64,000 nt of DNA from Mobula hypostoma (Eukaryota). A model generated the notes under the pieces. That model had not been told where the DNA came from and did not search any database. It saw only the letters and a list, made by a program, of their open reading frames with translations. Each line of letters starts with the position of its first letter. The stretch's first letter is position 1. Shown here piece by piece: positions 25,200 to 39,269 of the stretch. A program made the position numbers and the translations under genes. Location of the stretch: positions 35,404,001 to 35,468,000 of the forward strand of contig NC_086109.1 in NCBI RefSeq assembly GCF_963921235.1, read 5' to 3'.

Positions 25200-28100
25200 C
25201 CAGAGCACCAATCGTGAGTTAAATAGCAGGGAAGGTTCAGGCATAAAAGGGAGACACTGCCTGGCAGAGCGGTCATCGATGGAGTGATCTGAGGCAGAGT
25301 GGTAGGGCTTTGGCTCATTCAGGCTTTGGCGATAACGGGTCGAGGCGAGGTAAGTTACCTATAAGGAATAGAAATAGGAAGTATGTCTGCGAGGCTGGTG
25401 TTCTGTACTGGGGGTCAAATGTGGGAAGTCCAGAAGACTCTCAGTCTCCCGGACGGCCACATCTGCACCAGGTACATCAAGCTGCAGCTCCTTAGGGGAC
25501 TGGGTTAGGGAACTGGAGATGCAGCTCAATGACCTTCGTCTGGGCAGGGTAAGTGAGAAGGTGATAGGGAGGAGCTATAAGCAAGTAGTCACACCGGGGC
25601 CTTGAGAGACAGATAAATGGGTAACAGTCAGGAGAGGAAAGGGCAGAAGTCAGAGTACCCCTGTGGCTGTTCCCCTTAACAATAAGTACTCCTGTCTGAG
25701 TACTGTTAGGGGGGACAGCCTACCTGGGGGAAGCAACAGTGGCCGTGCCTCTGGCACAGAGTCTGGCCCTGTGGCTCAGAAGGGTAGTGAAAGGAAAAAA
25801 GTAGCAGTAATAGGGGACTCTATAGTTAGGGGGTCAGACAGGTGATTCAGTGGAGGCAGGAAAGAAACACAGATGGTAGTTTACCTCCCAGCTGTCACGG
25901 TCTGGGATGTTTCTGATCGCGTCCATGATATCTTGAAGTGAGAAGGAGAACAGCCAGAGATCGTGGTACATATTGGTACCAATGACATAGGTAGGAAAAG
26001 AGAGGAGGTCCTGAAAACAGACTACAGGGAGTTAGGGAGATAATTGAGAAGCAGGACCTGAAAGGTAGTAATCTCGGGATTACTGCCTGTGCCACATGAG
26101 AGTGAGTATAGGGATAGAGTGAGGTGGAGGATAAATACATGGCTGAGGGATTGGTGCAGGTGGCAGGGATTCAGATTCTGGATCACTGAGACCTCTTTTG
26201 GGGCAGGTGTGACCTGTAGAAAAAGGACCGGTTGTACTTGAATCTGAAGGGGACCAATATCCTTGCAGGGTGGTTTGCTAAGGCTATTGGGGAGAGCTTA
26301 AACTAGAATTGCTGGGGGGGTGGGTGGGAATCAAACTGAAGAGACAGAGGAAGGGGCGGTTGGCTCACATATTGAGAAAGCTTGGAGACAGTGCAAGGGG
26401 GAGGATAGGCAGGTGATAGAGAAGGGATGTCCTCAGACTTATGGTTTGAGATGTGTCTATTTTAATGCAAGAAGCATCAGGAACAAGGTGGATGAGCTTA
26501 GAGCGTGGATCTGTACTTGGAGATATGATGTTGTGGCCATTACAGAGACTTCGTCGGCTCAATGGCAGGAATGGTTACTTAGAGTGCCAGGCTTTAGATG
26601 TTTCAGAAAAGACAGGGAGAGAGGCAAGAGAGGTGGGGCCCTGGCACTGTTGATCAGAGATAGTGTCAAGGCTGCAGAAAAGGAGGAAGTCATGGAGGGA
26701 TTGTCTACTGAGTCTCTGTAGGTGGAAGTTAGAAACAGGAAGGGGTCATAACTCTACTGGGTGTTTTTCATGGACCACACAATAGTAACAGGGACATCGA
26801 AGAGCAGAGAGGGAGACAGATTCTGGAAAGGTGTAATAATAACAGGGTTGTCGTGGTGAGAGATTTTAATTTCCCAAGTATTGATTGGCATCTCCCTAGA
26901 GCAAGGGGTTTAGATGGGGTGGACTTTGTTAGCTATGTTTTGGAAGGTTTCCTGACGCAATATGTAAATAAACCTACAAGAGGAGAGGCTGTACTTGTTC
27001 TGGTATTGGGAAATGAACCTGGTCAGGTGTCAGGTCTCTCAGTGGGAGAGCATTTTGGAGATAGTGATCACCATTCTTTTATCATAGCTTTGGAGAGGGA
27101 TAGGAACAGACAAGTTAGGAAAGTGTTTAATTGGAGTAAGGGGAAATATGAAGCTATCAGGCAGAAAATTGGAAGCATAAATTGGGAACAGATGTTCTGA
27201 GGGAAATGTACAGCAGAAATGTGGCAAATGTTCAGGGGATATTTGCATGGCATTCTGCATAGGTGCATTCCAATGAGAAAGGGAAAGGATGGTAGGGTAC
27301 AGGAACCATGGTGCACAAAGGCTATTCAAAATCTAGTCAAGAAGAAAAGAAAAGCTTATGAAAGGTTCAAAAAACTAGGTAATGATAGAGATCCATAAGA
27401 TTATAAGACCAGCAGGAAGGAGCTTAAGAATGAAATTAGGGGAGCCAGAAGGGGCCATGAGAAGGCCTTGGCGAGCAGGATTGAAGAAAATCCCAAGGCA
27501 TTCCACAAGCATGTGAAGAGCAAGAGGATAAGAGTTCAGAGAATCGGACCAATCAAGTGTGACAGAGGAAAAGTGTGTATGGAACTGGAGGAGATAGCTG
27601 AGGTACTTAATGAATACTTTGCTTCAGTATTCACTATGGAAAAGGAACTTGGCGATTGTAGGGATGACTTACAGCGGATTGAAAAGCTTGAGCATATAGA
27701 TATTAAGAAAGAAGATGTGCTGGAGCTTTTGAAAAACATCAAGTTGGATAAATCTCTGGGACCAGAAGAGATGTACCCCAGGCTACTCTGGGAGGCGAGG
27801 GAGAAGATTGCTGAGCCTCTGGCGATGATCTTTGCATCATCAATGGGGACGGGGGAAGTTCCGGAGGATTGGAGGGATGCAGATGTTGTTCCCTTATTTA
27901 AGAAAGGGAGTAGAGACAGCCCAGGAAGCTATAGACCAGTGAGTCTTACTGGTTGGTAAGTTGATGGAGAAGATACTGAGAGGCAGGACTTATGAATGTT
28001 TGGAGAGGCATAATATGATTAGGAATAGTCAGCATGGCTTTGTCGAAGGCAGGTCATGCCTTACGAGCCTGATTGAATTTTTTGAGGATGTGACTAAACA

Positions 28101-29297
28101 CATTGATGAAGGTAGAGCAGTAAATGTAGTGTATATGGATTTCAGCAAGGCATTTGATAAAGTACCCCATACAAGACTTATTGCGGAAGTAAGGAGGCAT
28201 GGGATCGAAGAGGATCTTGCTTTGTGGATCCAGAATTGGCTTGCCCACAGAAGGCAAAGTGTGGTTGTAGACAGGTCATATTCTGCTTGGAGGTCGATGC
28301 ACAGTGAGCGGTTTGCCTTTGGGATCTGTTCTGGGATCCCTTCTCTTCGTGATTTTTATAAATGACCTGGATGAGGAAGTGGAGGGATGAGTTAGTAAAT
28401 TTGCTGATGACACAAAGGTTGAGGGTGTTGTGGATAGTGTGGAGGGCTGTCAGAGGTTACAGCAGGACATCGATAGAATGCAAAACTGGGCTGAGAGGTG
28501 GAGTTCAACCCAGATAAGTGTGAGGTGGTTCATTTTGGTAGGTCAAATATGATGGCAGAATATAGTATTAGTGGTAAGACTCTTGGCAGTGTGGAGGATC
28601 AGGGGGATCTTGGGGTCCGAGTCCATAGGAAACTCAAAACTGTTGTGCAGGTTGACTCTGTGGTTAAGAAAGCATACGGTGCATTGGCCTTCGTCAACCA
28701 TGGGATTAAGTTTATGAGCCGAGAGGTAATGTTACAGCTATATAGGACCCTTGTCAGACCCCACTTGGAGTACTGTGCTCAGTTCTGGTCGCCTCACTAC
28801 AGGAAGGATGTGGAAACTATAGAAAGGATGCAGAGGAGATTTACAAGGATGTTGCCTGGATGGGGGAGCATGCCTTACGAGAACAGGATGAGTAAATTTG
28901 GCCTTTTCTCCTTGAAGCGATGGAGGATAAGAACTGACCTGATAGAGGCATATAAGACAATAAGAGGCATTGATAATGCAGATAATCAGAGGCTTTTTCC
29001 CAGGGCTGAAATGGCTGTCATGAGAGGGCACAGTTTTAAGTTGATTGAAAGTAGGTACAGAGGAGATGTCAGGGGTAAGTTTTTTACGCAAAGAGTGGTG
29101 AGCATGTGGAATGGGCTGCCGGCAATGGTGGTGGAGGAGGTTATGATAGGTTCTTTTAGGAGACTCATGGATAGGTACATGGAGCTTAGAAAAATAGAGG
29201 GCTATGGGTAACCCAAGGTAATTTCTAAAGTACATGTTCGGTACAGTATTGTGGGCCCAATGGCTTGTATTGTGCTGTAGTTTTTCTATGTTTCTAT
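25200..29297 (+). mobile_element. Full-length decayed CR1 LINE (ORF1 Zn-finger/esterase plus ORF2 APE-RT)
   Basis: ORF1 start MSARLVFCTG at 25383 and GDSL-like VIGDSIVRG; APE YFNARSIRNK, RDFNFP; RT SQHGF, LVRPHLEYC; TTTCTATGTTTCTA tail. Confidence 0.93.
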
Positions 29298-29847
29298 TTT
29301 CATGGAAGTGTGTGAAATTTGGGGAAAATAGTCATAAGCTAGAGATTCATTCTTGATAACAAGCAGTAGATTTCTTATGTAGTAATATCAGTGCATCATA
29401 ATTGAATTTAATACTGAATGAGGTTTTGAAAAAAAGTACATCTCAAAGGGGAAATGGATAGAATGCCAGTCAGGATGTTACCAGGCACAAGAGTGTCGTG
29501 TTCTGAGCCAAGGCTGAGAAAGTCGATACTGTCCAACTTGCAGTACAAATGTTAATAGCTGACCTAATGCAAGTTTTCAAGTTGATAAGTGGTTTTGGTT
29601 TTCTAAATAGGGACAAGTCTTTCCCTCTGGTGACTGGGTCAATAATAAATAATAAAACTCATTGGTAGAAGTTTCAAAGGGGAAATGAGAATAATTTCTT
29701 TTCACTCTCTGCCTGGAAGGTAGTGTAAATGGATTGTATTTACTTGAAATGTGCTATTCAGGTACTTGAGGTTGAAGAACTTTCACCATTTCAAACTTCA
29801 AAAGCTGCGGTAAGTCCTATGGTGCTTCTATAAAGCCAGCTTTGGCG

Positions 29848-30945
29848 GCATCATCAGCATCAGCATATGCACCATGCCTTACAATGCAGGCTATCATCCT
29901 CCCATGACCATGATCGTACTTGACAAATTCTTCTGCAGAAGCAGTTTGCCATTGCCTTCTTCTGGGCAGTGTCTTTACAAGGTGGGTGATCCCAGTGTAG
30001 CCCCTGGTAAGCCTCAGGCTCGCTCAACTCGCTTTCGTCTAGGGGGAGCAGCCTTCGATCCCGCCAAACTGGGTAGTCAAGTTTGTGTGGATGCTGTGTG
30101 ATGTACCCCTCCCCACCAAATAACAGACAATACACCATATGCAATTAAATGATTGCACTTTATAGATCTTGCTGGAACTATATAATTAATAGATATAAAA
30201 TATAAAAGGAAAATAAAAGGCACCAAACTTATCAGAGTTTAACCACTTCGTGTGCAACAGTTGGAGCTCAATTAACGGAGTCTTCTTTCCACCATTCGAT
30301 CCCCTCCGACCACCTCGACCCGCCACCTGGGACCAACCACGGTGGTTGACCAGATGCTCCACACGAGTTTATCTTCGTCTCCTCTCCTCGCCGAAGTCCC
30401 TGGGCCTCGGACTCCCACTCAGGGTCGGTCCCGCCGCTCAGGGTCACAGCATTGCATCTGCTCTCTCTGTCCCCATCGCACCTTCTCCCTCAAAACCCAT
30501 GAAATACAATAGCTTACAGACACACAAGAAAGAATAACAACTATCCCAATTGGTTCGTTCTCTCTCTTATCAATAATATAACCCAAACAAGCAGAGAGAG
30601 AGAAGCACTTTCTCAGCAGTTAACATAACAAAGAAGCCATTTTATTCTAACATAACAGAGCAGCCATTTTCATTAGCCTTAGCAGTAACATAAAAGAAGA
30701 AACCCCTTACAGTATCCATTATCAATACTCTTCAGAAATTGTCTGTCTGGCTTCAGTGTTCAGATAACCAGGATTTGTGATATGCACCAGCTATATACAA
30801 CCATCCCCCACCTGCCTCCATGGCTTCAAATGACCCTGATCAGTGGGGGTAAGTAATGCTACACCCTACCCCCGGATGACCTGCAGGCTAGCGGAGGGAT
30901 GGAGTGCCTTACACCTCCTCTGGAAGAAACGTACCTCCACCCGGC
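29848..30945 (-). mobile_element. Non-autonomous RTE-derived element interrupted by an LTR
   Basis: (GAT/GCT)n tail at ~29848-29866 and GAAGGCAATGGCAAAC RTE-type motif on the minus strand; sequence resumes at 30712. Confidence 0.6.
29996..30711. mobile_element. Probable solo LTR
   Basis: TGTA...TACA termini; splits the host element cleanly, but no clean TSD is visible. Confidence 0.6.
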
Positions 30946-31659
30946 CAACCACGAACAGCCCACACAGTTAAAGTCTTCCTTTGTACTTTAAATTTCTTTA
31001 ATATCAGCCAATGGAAGTTTGTATGTAATATCCTTCACCATTTAACCTTTTGCTTTGCTCATGACCTGATGTCACAAAGTGTTGGAAAGTCTGGTGTATA
31101 AATCACAGCTGAACTTGCACTGTTTTCCTTTTTCAAAGACTTCAATTTTAAAATAGATTTAGGTTTTCCATTACAGCCATAGTCCTTACTTGTAGACCTG
31201 GAAAAATAATAAAAATAGGTGTGTAAAAAATAAAATTTACTCAAATTAATCTGTCCAAAAACAGTATTTATCCTTAGCTAATTCATTGCTGACAACAAAA
31301 GGCATATCAGGGAATTATAGCATGCCAGGGGCCAAGAGCTCTGAGTCAGTGAACTAATGAAGCTGTTTTCAGCACAGACATACAATACTTCATTGTGCAT
31401 ACTTCAGTGCAGCTTGTGGGTGAACATAGCTCACGAATATTGTCAGATCCAAGTGTGTGGGCGCAAATACCTCAGTTGATAATCTGAGGTGAACAATTAA
31501 CCTGAAGGCTGAAGCAAAAGAGAGCGGTCCGCAGTCCCAATGCCACAGGGTATGAACCAAGGCTAGGGACTCTACTGGCCTTGCATCAAATGATGGACCA
31601 AATTGACCTGAGCAAAATAACCAAGCACAATTTTGATAGCAGCAATCACAATAGATCAC

Positions 31660-31950
31660 AGGCTTTTTCCATTGAGGTCGGGTGGGACTACAGCCAGGGG
31701 ATATGGATTAAGGGTGAGAAGTGAAAAGTTTAAGGGGAAAATTTCTTCACTCTGAGGGTCGTGAGATAGTGGAATGAGCTGTCAGCACAAGTGGTGTATG
31801 CAAGCTTGATTTCAAAGTTTAAGAGAAGTTTGTATAGGTACATGAATGGTAGGGCTACGGTCCCAGTACGGATTGATGGGAGTAGGCAGTTTAAATGGTT
31901 GAGCATGGACTTGATGGGTCAAAGAGTTTGCTTCTGTGCTATGACTCTAA
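31660..31950 (+). mobile_element. CR1 3' fragment
   Basis: FFTLRVVR.WNELS motif and (ATGACTCT) tail. Confidence 0.8.
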
Positions 31951-32999
31951 ATTAGTTTGAAAGAATGTCCAAGGACAGGAGGGATACAAAATCAAAAGAG
32001 AATCAGAGAAATCTGCCTGGGATGTAGGGATATGGCAGGGATGTGCCAGCTCCTAACTTGTTCATGTGGCAGCCTGTAAATGTCATTTGGCAAAATTGCA
32101 AAACTTGTAAAGGTTTAAAAGCCAACTGCTCACCCAAAAGGTTTCAGTTTCTGCCCCACAAGCTTTGATCAATCATCTAAGCAAAATCAGTTCACATTTG
32201 AAGCCCTATTTCATTGATGTCGTACGGTGCTACATTGTATAATTGCATTGTTTGAAGTAAAATGTGAACAAACCGAAGATACAGACATCAACATGAAGTA
32301 CCTTGAAAGGCAATCACTGCCTTCGATAAGTCTGAATGAATTTGAATGAACACACCAGTGTACACATTGTTCCTTTTTACAAATCATTGCAGCCTCGATA
32401 CTTCAGAATCTTAGTTTTTATAGATGCAGAGATGTTTCCTCCTGAAGAAAATCAAATTGAGGAGTCATTAATCTAAACTGCCACAGGTTCACTGCACAGA
32501 AGTACTGGGTGGTCTGTGAAAACTTATCCTGCTGTCAGACTCTTGTGATGGAGCTCCAACATACTGAGCAGCAACCCAAGCAGCAACAGCAGAGTTCAGG
32601 ATCTCCAGATTGGGACTTCCACCTTTGCCTGGAGATCCTGAACTCTACTGTTTCTAAGCTAAAGCTAGGCAGTTATGAGCCCTTCACTTCAGTTAATAAC
32701 AAACTGCTTCTGTCTTTTTTCATTTGCACGCTTATCTCACTTTCCTTTATATGCATTTATGTTAATTTCCACAGCTAGGGAGTATGTTTTACATTTTTAA
32801 TACATTTTGGGTAAAGACCTTTTCTTCCAAATTCCCATTCTGTCACACATCCAGTGGGTCTGTTCATTATACGGACTAAGTACATAGTAATTAATTACAA
32901 TAAGGCAAAAGTGATCTATGGAGTGGAGGATTAATACACAAGGAGTAAATGGAGACCTGGTAGGTTGAATTCAAAAATTGGCTTAGAATTTGAAGAATT

Positions 33000-33260
33000 T
33001 CAATTTGAATTTATTTAGATCTTACATCTATCCCCCAATGTGAGGGAGTAAAAATCTGCGTTATGACTCCGTCACAATGTACAGATGTGAAGTTATAAGT
33101 CTAATGGCTTGCAGAAAGAAGCTGTCCCACAGCCTGCTGGTCCTGGCTTTAATCCTGCGGTACCGTTTGCCAAACAGAAGCAGCTGAAACAGCTTATGGT
33201 TGGGGTGACTGGTTGTCCCGATGATCTTCCAAGCCTTCTGCTGTAAATGTCCTCAATGAA
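33000..33260 (-). mobile_element. Rex1/Babar-like 3' fragment
   Basis: Minus strand ...RYRRIKARTSRLWDSFFLQAIRL pattern. Confidence 0.6.
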
Positions 33261-33549
33261 GGGATACACAAGACAAGGTAGTGTTAAAGAGAATATTCTT
33301 CTCACTGGAGGTCTGTGACCAGTGGTGTTTTCCAATAATCATTGCTGTGATCTTTGTTGTTTATGAGATATATATATATTATTGTTAAATTAATTTGAAC
33401 AAAAATGCAGATAGTCTAGTAAAATTGCAGATAATGTTGTGAGTAGTGAGGGAATTTGTCAAAAGATTCATCAGGAGACAAACTAGCTGGATATGTGGGC
33501 AGGGAAAGGGTATTTTGAGGTGCAAGTCCATTAAAGTGGCAGTATAAGT

Positions 33550-36500
33550 CATCATCGTCGTGGCTATACCTCGAGGTCGAGGATGATGATCTCCGTTCCG
33601 TTGATCTACTTATGGGCTCTTAAGTGGCTTATAAGTCCAACCTTGGCTTTGAAAGTTCTTCTGCATTCAGGACAGGTAGTATTAGAAAATATTGTAGCAC
33701 TGTTTTCTAAGTGTTTATTTTAAGTGTTGCTTTTATTGCGCATCAAGTGTTTATTCAGATGTTGACCATGCCTTTACTATGCATTTAGTGTCTGTTACTG
33801 AGTGCGTGGGATTACTATGGTATTTGGGATGTAACCATTGATTCATTAGTTAGAACGAAACCTGTGTAGTTTTAACCCCTCGAGAAAAACGAATGTAGCC
33901 AAGTAAGAGAGATAAGAGTAATTGATTTATTAGCTAAAGTGAAACTTACAGCATATGCTAATGCAGTTAACCCAGAAAGGGGGCTATAAAAAATGCTGTG
34001 TGAAAACATCGACTGACATTCAGTGGTGGGCATTGAAAGGCTAGCCCACTGTCTGTCTCAGCTTTACTTTGCAAATTAAAGTTTAAACATTTCTTGAAGA
34101 ATCTTCGGTGCTTCCTTGTCATTTTTAAAAACCATAACAGTAGTTCCAGATGGCGGATCGGGCACTGGTTGTTGCTGCCTCTCTTCCCATTTTCTTTTCC
34201 ATTCTTCTAATTCTGCACATCTGTTGGCTTCGGAAGTTGCTGTTCCTTCTCAGATGATGGTTTGTCAGAGTTTCCTGTCCTTGGCATTGGTTTCCCAATT
34301 GTTGATGTTGATGTTACATTTCTTCACATTGGCTTTTAAGATGTCTTTGAATCTCTTCTGTTGTCTGCCTCTTTTACGTTTGCTTTCTTTAAGCTGGGAG
34401 TAGAAGGTTTGCTTTGGCAGACAATCGTTTTTCATCCAAACAACATGACTGCTCCATCTTACTTTGTTCTTGATGATGTAGTCTTCAATGCTTGTTGTTT
34501 TTGCTTCATTTAGCACACTGATGTTGGTTCTTCTATCTTCCTAGCTGATATTTAAGATGTTTCGAAGACAGCGTTGATGGAACTTTTCAAGTGTGTTCAG
34601 ATATTGTCGGTATGTTGTCCAGGTTTCTGATGCATACAAAAATGTTGGGATCACTACTGCTTTGTATACTAACATTTTGGTGTCTGTTCGGATGTCACGA
34701 TCATGAAAGGCTCTTGTTTGGAGACGTCCAAAAGCTGTTCCAGCGCATTTAAGACGATGTTGGATCTCGTCATTAAGATCAACACTGGAGGAGAGGTGAC
34801 TTCCAAGATACGGAAAGTGGTCCACGTTTTCCAAGGTTGTTTCGCCGAGTTGAATTGATGGTTCTATCTGAACTGTCTCAGTTGGTGATGGTTGGTAGAT
34901 GGTCTGAGTCTTCTTAGAATTGATGGTAAGTCCAAGCTTCGTGTATGCACACTTGAAGACAGTCAGAATCTGTTGTAGGTGGTTTTCTGAGAGAGCTGCA
35001 ACACTGTTGTCATCTGCATATTGAAACTTAATGAAGGAACTCGTGGATGTCTTGTTTTTGGACTTGAGACAGGCAAGATTGAAAAGTCTGCCATCTGTTC
35101 TGTAGACAATTTCAATTCCTAGGGGTAGGTTGTCCTTGATTGTTGCAATGAAGATGGTGAACAATGCTGGGACAATCACGCATCCCTGTTTTACTCCTGG
35201 TCTAACTTGAAAAGACTCACAGTTACTGTTGCTGACCATGACTGTGGCAAGCATGCCATTGTGGAGTCTCAGGATTTGAATGTACTTTTCAGGGCATCCA
35301 TAGGTGGATAGGACATCCCACAGGAGTTCCCTTGATACTGAATCAAAGGCTTTGGTGAGGTTGATGAATGCCATATACAAAGGTTGAAGCTGTTCACGAC
35401 ATTTTTCTTGTAGATGTCGCATTGTGAAGATCATGTCGATTGCACCACATGAAACCGGCTTGTGTCTCCGGAAGGATCTTCTCGGCTAAAGGCTTGAGCC
35501 AGTTGTTCATGATGTGTGTGAGGATCTTTCCTGCTGTTGCTAACAGGGAAATCCCACGATAGTTTCCGCATTCGGATCAATTGCCTTTCGTTTTGTAGAT
35601 GGTAACGATTGTTCAGACTCTAAAGTCTGTTGGTACGTCTTCATTTGTCCAGATCTTGATGAGAAGTTGATGCAGTTGGTAATGAAGCGGGTTGCCTCCA
35701 ATTTTGTAGACCTCGGCTGGTATTCTATCGAGTCCAGCAGCCTTGTTGTTTTTTAAGGTTTTGATGGCTTCCTTGACTTCTTCAATTGTTGGTATTTTGC
35801 TTAGGGAGTCATCAACCGGCTGTTTTAGAATGTTGTTAATCACATTCCTGTAGAGTGAGACGGTTTGATTTAGAAGATCTTCAAAATGCTCCCTCCATCT
35901 AGAATTGATGTCAGCATTGCTCTTCAGGATGGTTGAACCATCTTTGCTTTTGAGAGGGGCTTGACCGCGAGTGGATAGGCCAAAAATAACTTTAGTTGTG
36001 TTGAAAAAGCCTCGAGTGTCGTTGGCGTCTGCTAGTTGTTGGACTTCCTGAGCTTTCTTCCTCCACCATTACTTTTTGAGGTTTTGGGTGCTCTTCTGGA
36101 CTGCAGACTTGCATTCCTGATAGTGTTACCCTTTGGTAGTCGATTGTTGGTCATTTTGTAAGGTGATGAAAGCTTTTCTCTTTTCGTCGATGAGTTGTTG
36201 GAATAGTTTGTCTTTATTATCGAACCAATCCTGATGTTTTTTCGTCTTGAACCCAATTGTTTCTTTGCAGGAGGTGATGATAGCATTCTTCAATTGATTC
36301 CAGTGTTCTTCTACAGATGGTAGGATTTGTTGAGGCAGTTGTTCTTGACGATTTTGTTGGAACTTCTGTACATGGTTGATGTCTTGAAGGATGTTAACAT
36401 CGAATTTCTTAACAGGGTTCTGATTTTGGTGTTTCCTTTTGGGCTGAATCTTCATTCTCAAGGTGGACGAGATTAGTCGATGGTCTGTCCAGCACTTGTC

Positions 36501-37918
36501 GGCACCAGCAACAGCTCTTGTTATCAGTACATCTTGTTGTTCCCGAGATCGTATGATGATGTAGTCGATGAGGTGCCAGTGTTTGGAACGTGGATGCTGC
36601 CAGGAGACTTTTTGCCTGTTTTTCTGGCAAAATAGGGTGTTTGTAATCACCAGGTTGTGTTCAGCACATTTGGTGAGGAGGAGTGTTCCATTGGCATTGA
36701 CCTTGTCAACTCCTTCCTTGCTTATTATTCCAGTCCAGAGCTTATAATCTTCCCCGACTCTGGCATTGGAGTTTCCCAAGAGAATGATCTTGTCGTTGTT
36801 GGGAACAGAGGAAAGGACGTCGTTAAGTTGGGCATAGAAGTTCATCTTTACTTCATCTTCAGCGTCCAGAGTTGGAGAATAGGCACTGATGATGGTGGCT
36901 TGTTGGTTCTTGACAAGTTGGATTGTCAGCAGAGTCATGAGACATTCGTTGATTCCCAGTGGTTGCTCTGTCAGCTTCTGAAGTAGGCTGTTTCGGATGG
37001 CAAAACCAACTCCATGGATCCCCAGTTGTTTAGGATCAGGTCCTTTTCAGAAAAAGGTGTATTGACCTTGCTCTTCCTTTAGTTGCCCTCCTCCAGCTCT
37101 GTGGGTCTCACTCAGAGCAACAATGTCAAAGTTGAATTTTTGGAGTTCCTGGGCAACAAAGGCAGTTCGCCTCCCTGGTCAGTCTGAGTTTGGGATATCC
37201 ATCAGAGTTGGTATATTCCAGGTTCCAAATTACATAGTTTCACTTTGCGATGTTCTTCGACCACATAATGGTGGTACCTCTGGACGTGGATTTCCAGACA
37301 GGATGGGGTGAAGCAGACTATTTTAGGGCACCTTTTCTAGCCCCTTCCCAGTTCAGGGTGAGCAGAGTGGATCCTAAATAGGACTGCTCAGACGTGAATA
37401 CTGCTGCCGAACAACTTTCCTGCTTCTGTCCAAAAGTTGAGCGACCGAATCAAGTATTCACCGCTTTCATGCCGGTTCTTGACCAGGAGCTTCCAGCCAT
37501 CATATTGCCTGCTCCCATCGCCCTCCCCCAATCGCTGAAAGACTTGAAGAAGTGGCCCACAGAGCGAAGACGGCTGTGCGTGTATTTGTTTAATGCATAC
37601 TTGATGTTGCACTCCAAGAAGCACACGATACTTCACAAATCAACCAACTGATTCCAATGGCATGGAAACCACAACAATTGGAGCTGATGGATTTGTTGCA
37701 GCCTTCATCCGCCTTCACAGCCGTTGAGTTCAAAGTAACTTCATCTGCCTGTTCCACCGTTGAGGTCTTGGTTGGATTGTTCTTTGTCAGGGACCTCACC
37801 CTCGACCTTACCGCCATGGGTGACCCTACCAGGAGCATATCTCCAGGCGGCATTGCTCTCGGGATCACAGGACCACACAAGTTTCTCCACCACAACAAAG
37901 TGACAATCCACGGAGAAG
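33550..37918 (-). mobile_element. Full-length RTE-clade LINE (APE-RT, frameshifted)
   Basis: APE (ISAYSPT, WQHPRSKHWHLIDYII), RT (GVKQGC, FQYADD, LEKFHQRCLR); (GAT/GAC)n tail; ~650-bp 5' UTR; 12-bp TSD GGCAGTATAAGT/GGCAATATAAGT (33538-33549, 37919-37930). Confidence 0.95.
33680..34139 (+). mobile_element. Solo LTR (460 bp) inserted in the RTE 3' region
   Basis: TSD GTAG (33676-33679, 34140-34143); termini TATTA (for TGTTA)...TAACA; CTATAAAA and ATTAAA signals. Confidence 0.8.
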
Positions 37919-39269
37919 GGCAATATAAGTAGATAGGACTATTAAGATACTTGCCTTAATCAGATGGGCTGTTACGTTTAGAAGTCAGAAAGTCATGTTA
38001 TATAGCTGTATAAAAGTTCTAATCTGGCCAGATTTCGAGTGTCGTATACAATTGTGGTTGTCACAATACAGGAAGGATGTGAAGGTCTTGGAGAGGTACA
38101 AGAGACTCACTAGGATATTGCCTGGATTGGAGAATATCCTTATGGCCTTGTGGTGTTAGCTATTAGGAGAGGTTGGAGAAACTTGGTTTATTTTCTCTGG
38201 AACATTGGTGGCTGAGTCATAAGCGGATAGGATATAGATTATGGGAGACATTGATAGGATAGATAGTTAGGATATATGTGGGGAGTGTTTTTTTTCTAGA
38301 AATTGGCATTACTGCTTCAAAAGAGAATTGCCCACTTAAGACAGAAGTGAGGTGATTTTTTTTTCTTTCTGGACGCTGTTGCATTTTTGGTATTCTCTTC
38401 CTCAAAGGGTTCGAAAGCAGAGCTTCCAAATTTTTTTTAAATACAGAGGTACTCAACTTCTCCATAAGCATGAGATACGTACAGTGAATATAGTAATCAT
38501 ATCTACCATGATTTTTTAACTAGTAGAATCTGTGAAAAGGGCCAAATGGCCGAGTGCTCCTTACACATATATACACATGCTCAATTTAGTGAGCAATTGA
38601 CCTCTGAGTGCAGCGTCCATGATATTTCTAAAGTCTTTCTAAGTGTTGGCAGTCTGCCTTAGAGTTAGTAAAGGATGCTGTGCTTCTGTGAACTGGAACT
38701 TCATCCATTTGAATTCAAAGAAAGCAAACAATCCTTCCTAAACTGTAAAGCTGCAGTATCCATGTTACTTGACTGCACTAATAATATGAACCAATCCTAT
38801 TAAGGGCAAAGCTTCATTTCAACCACAGTGAAATGTCTGCATCTGTCAAAACGAGTCAATGACTAATTGCTTACACACCATAAACTTGAGTACAGTACAA
38901 AGATTAAATCTTCTGCTACCTGACTATAAAATGCCACCTGACAGCTAACAGCTAGCTGACAGGCAAGGGAAAACCATTGTTGAAATCTTTCAACTGAAAC
39001 CAAAGATACAGAATCCATTGAGTGATAAATGTATTACTGTGTTATATGCAACAACACACACTTTGACAACTTATGAGGCACACTTTATGTATTTTGCAAA
39101 TAGATGGAGTATAATCTTCCTCGTCATTCCAAATTCTGATCATGTTTGCAGTGAAACTATAATGCACAAGCACAATTCAGATTTCCACTGAGCCTTCTCC
39201 TTGCTCCTCCACCCCGCACTGAATGCATCACAACCACCAGAAAACCACCCTTGGGCTTTTTCCTTACAG

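Larger units (their letters stand above)
33260..38565 (+). mobile_element. Old CR1 fragment split by the RTE insertion (33260-33549 and 37919-38565)
   Basis: WRSVTSGV/KIADNV remnants before the insertion; YRKDVKVLER and SY.ERLEKLGLFSLE after it. Confidence 0.7.

Noticed and set aside
32509..32778. Poly-Q ORF (EQQPKQQQQ)
   Set aside because: Short CAG/CAA-rich patch with no recognisable domain or exon evidence.
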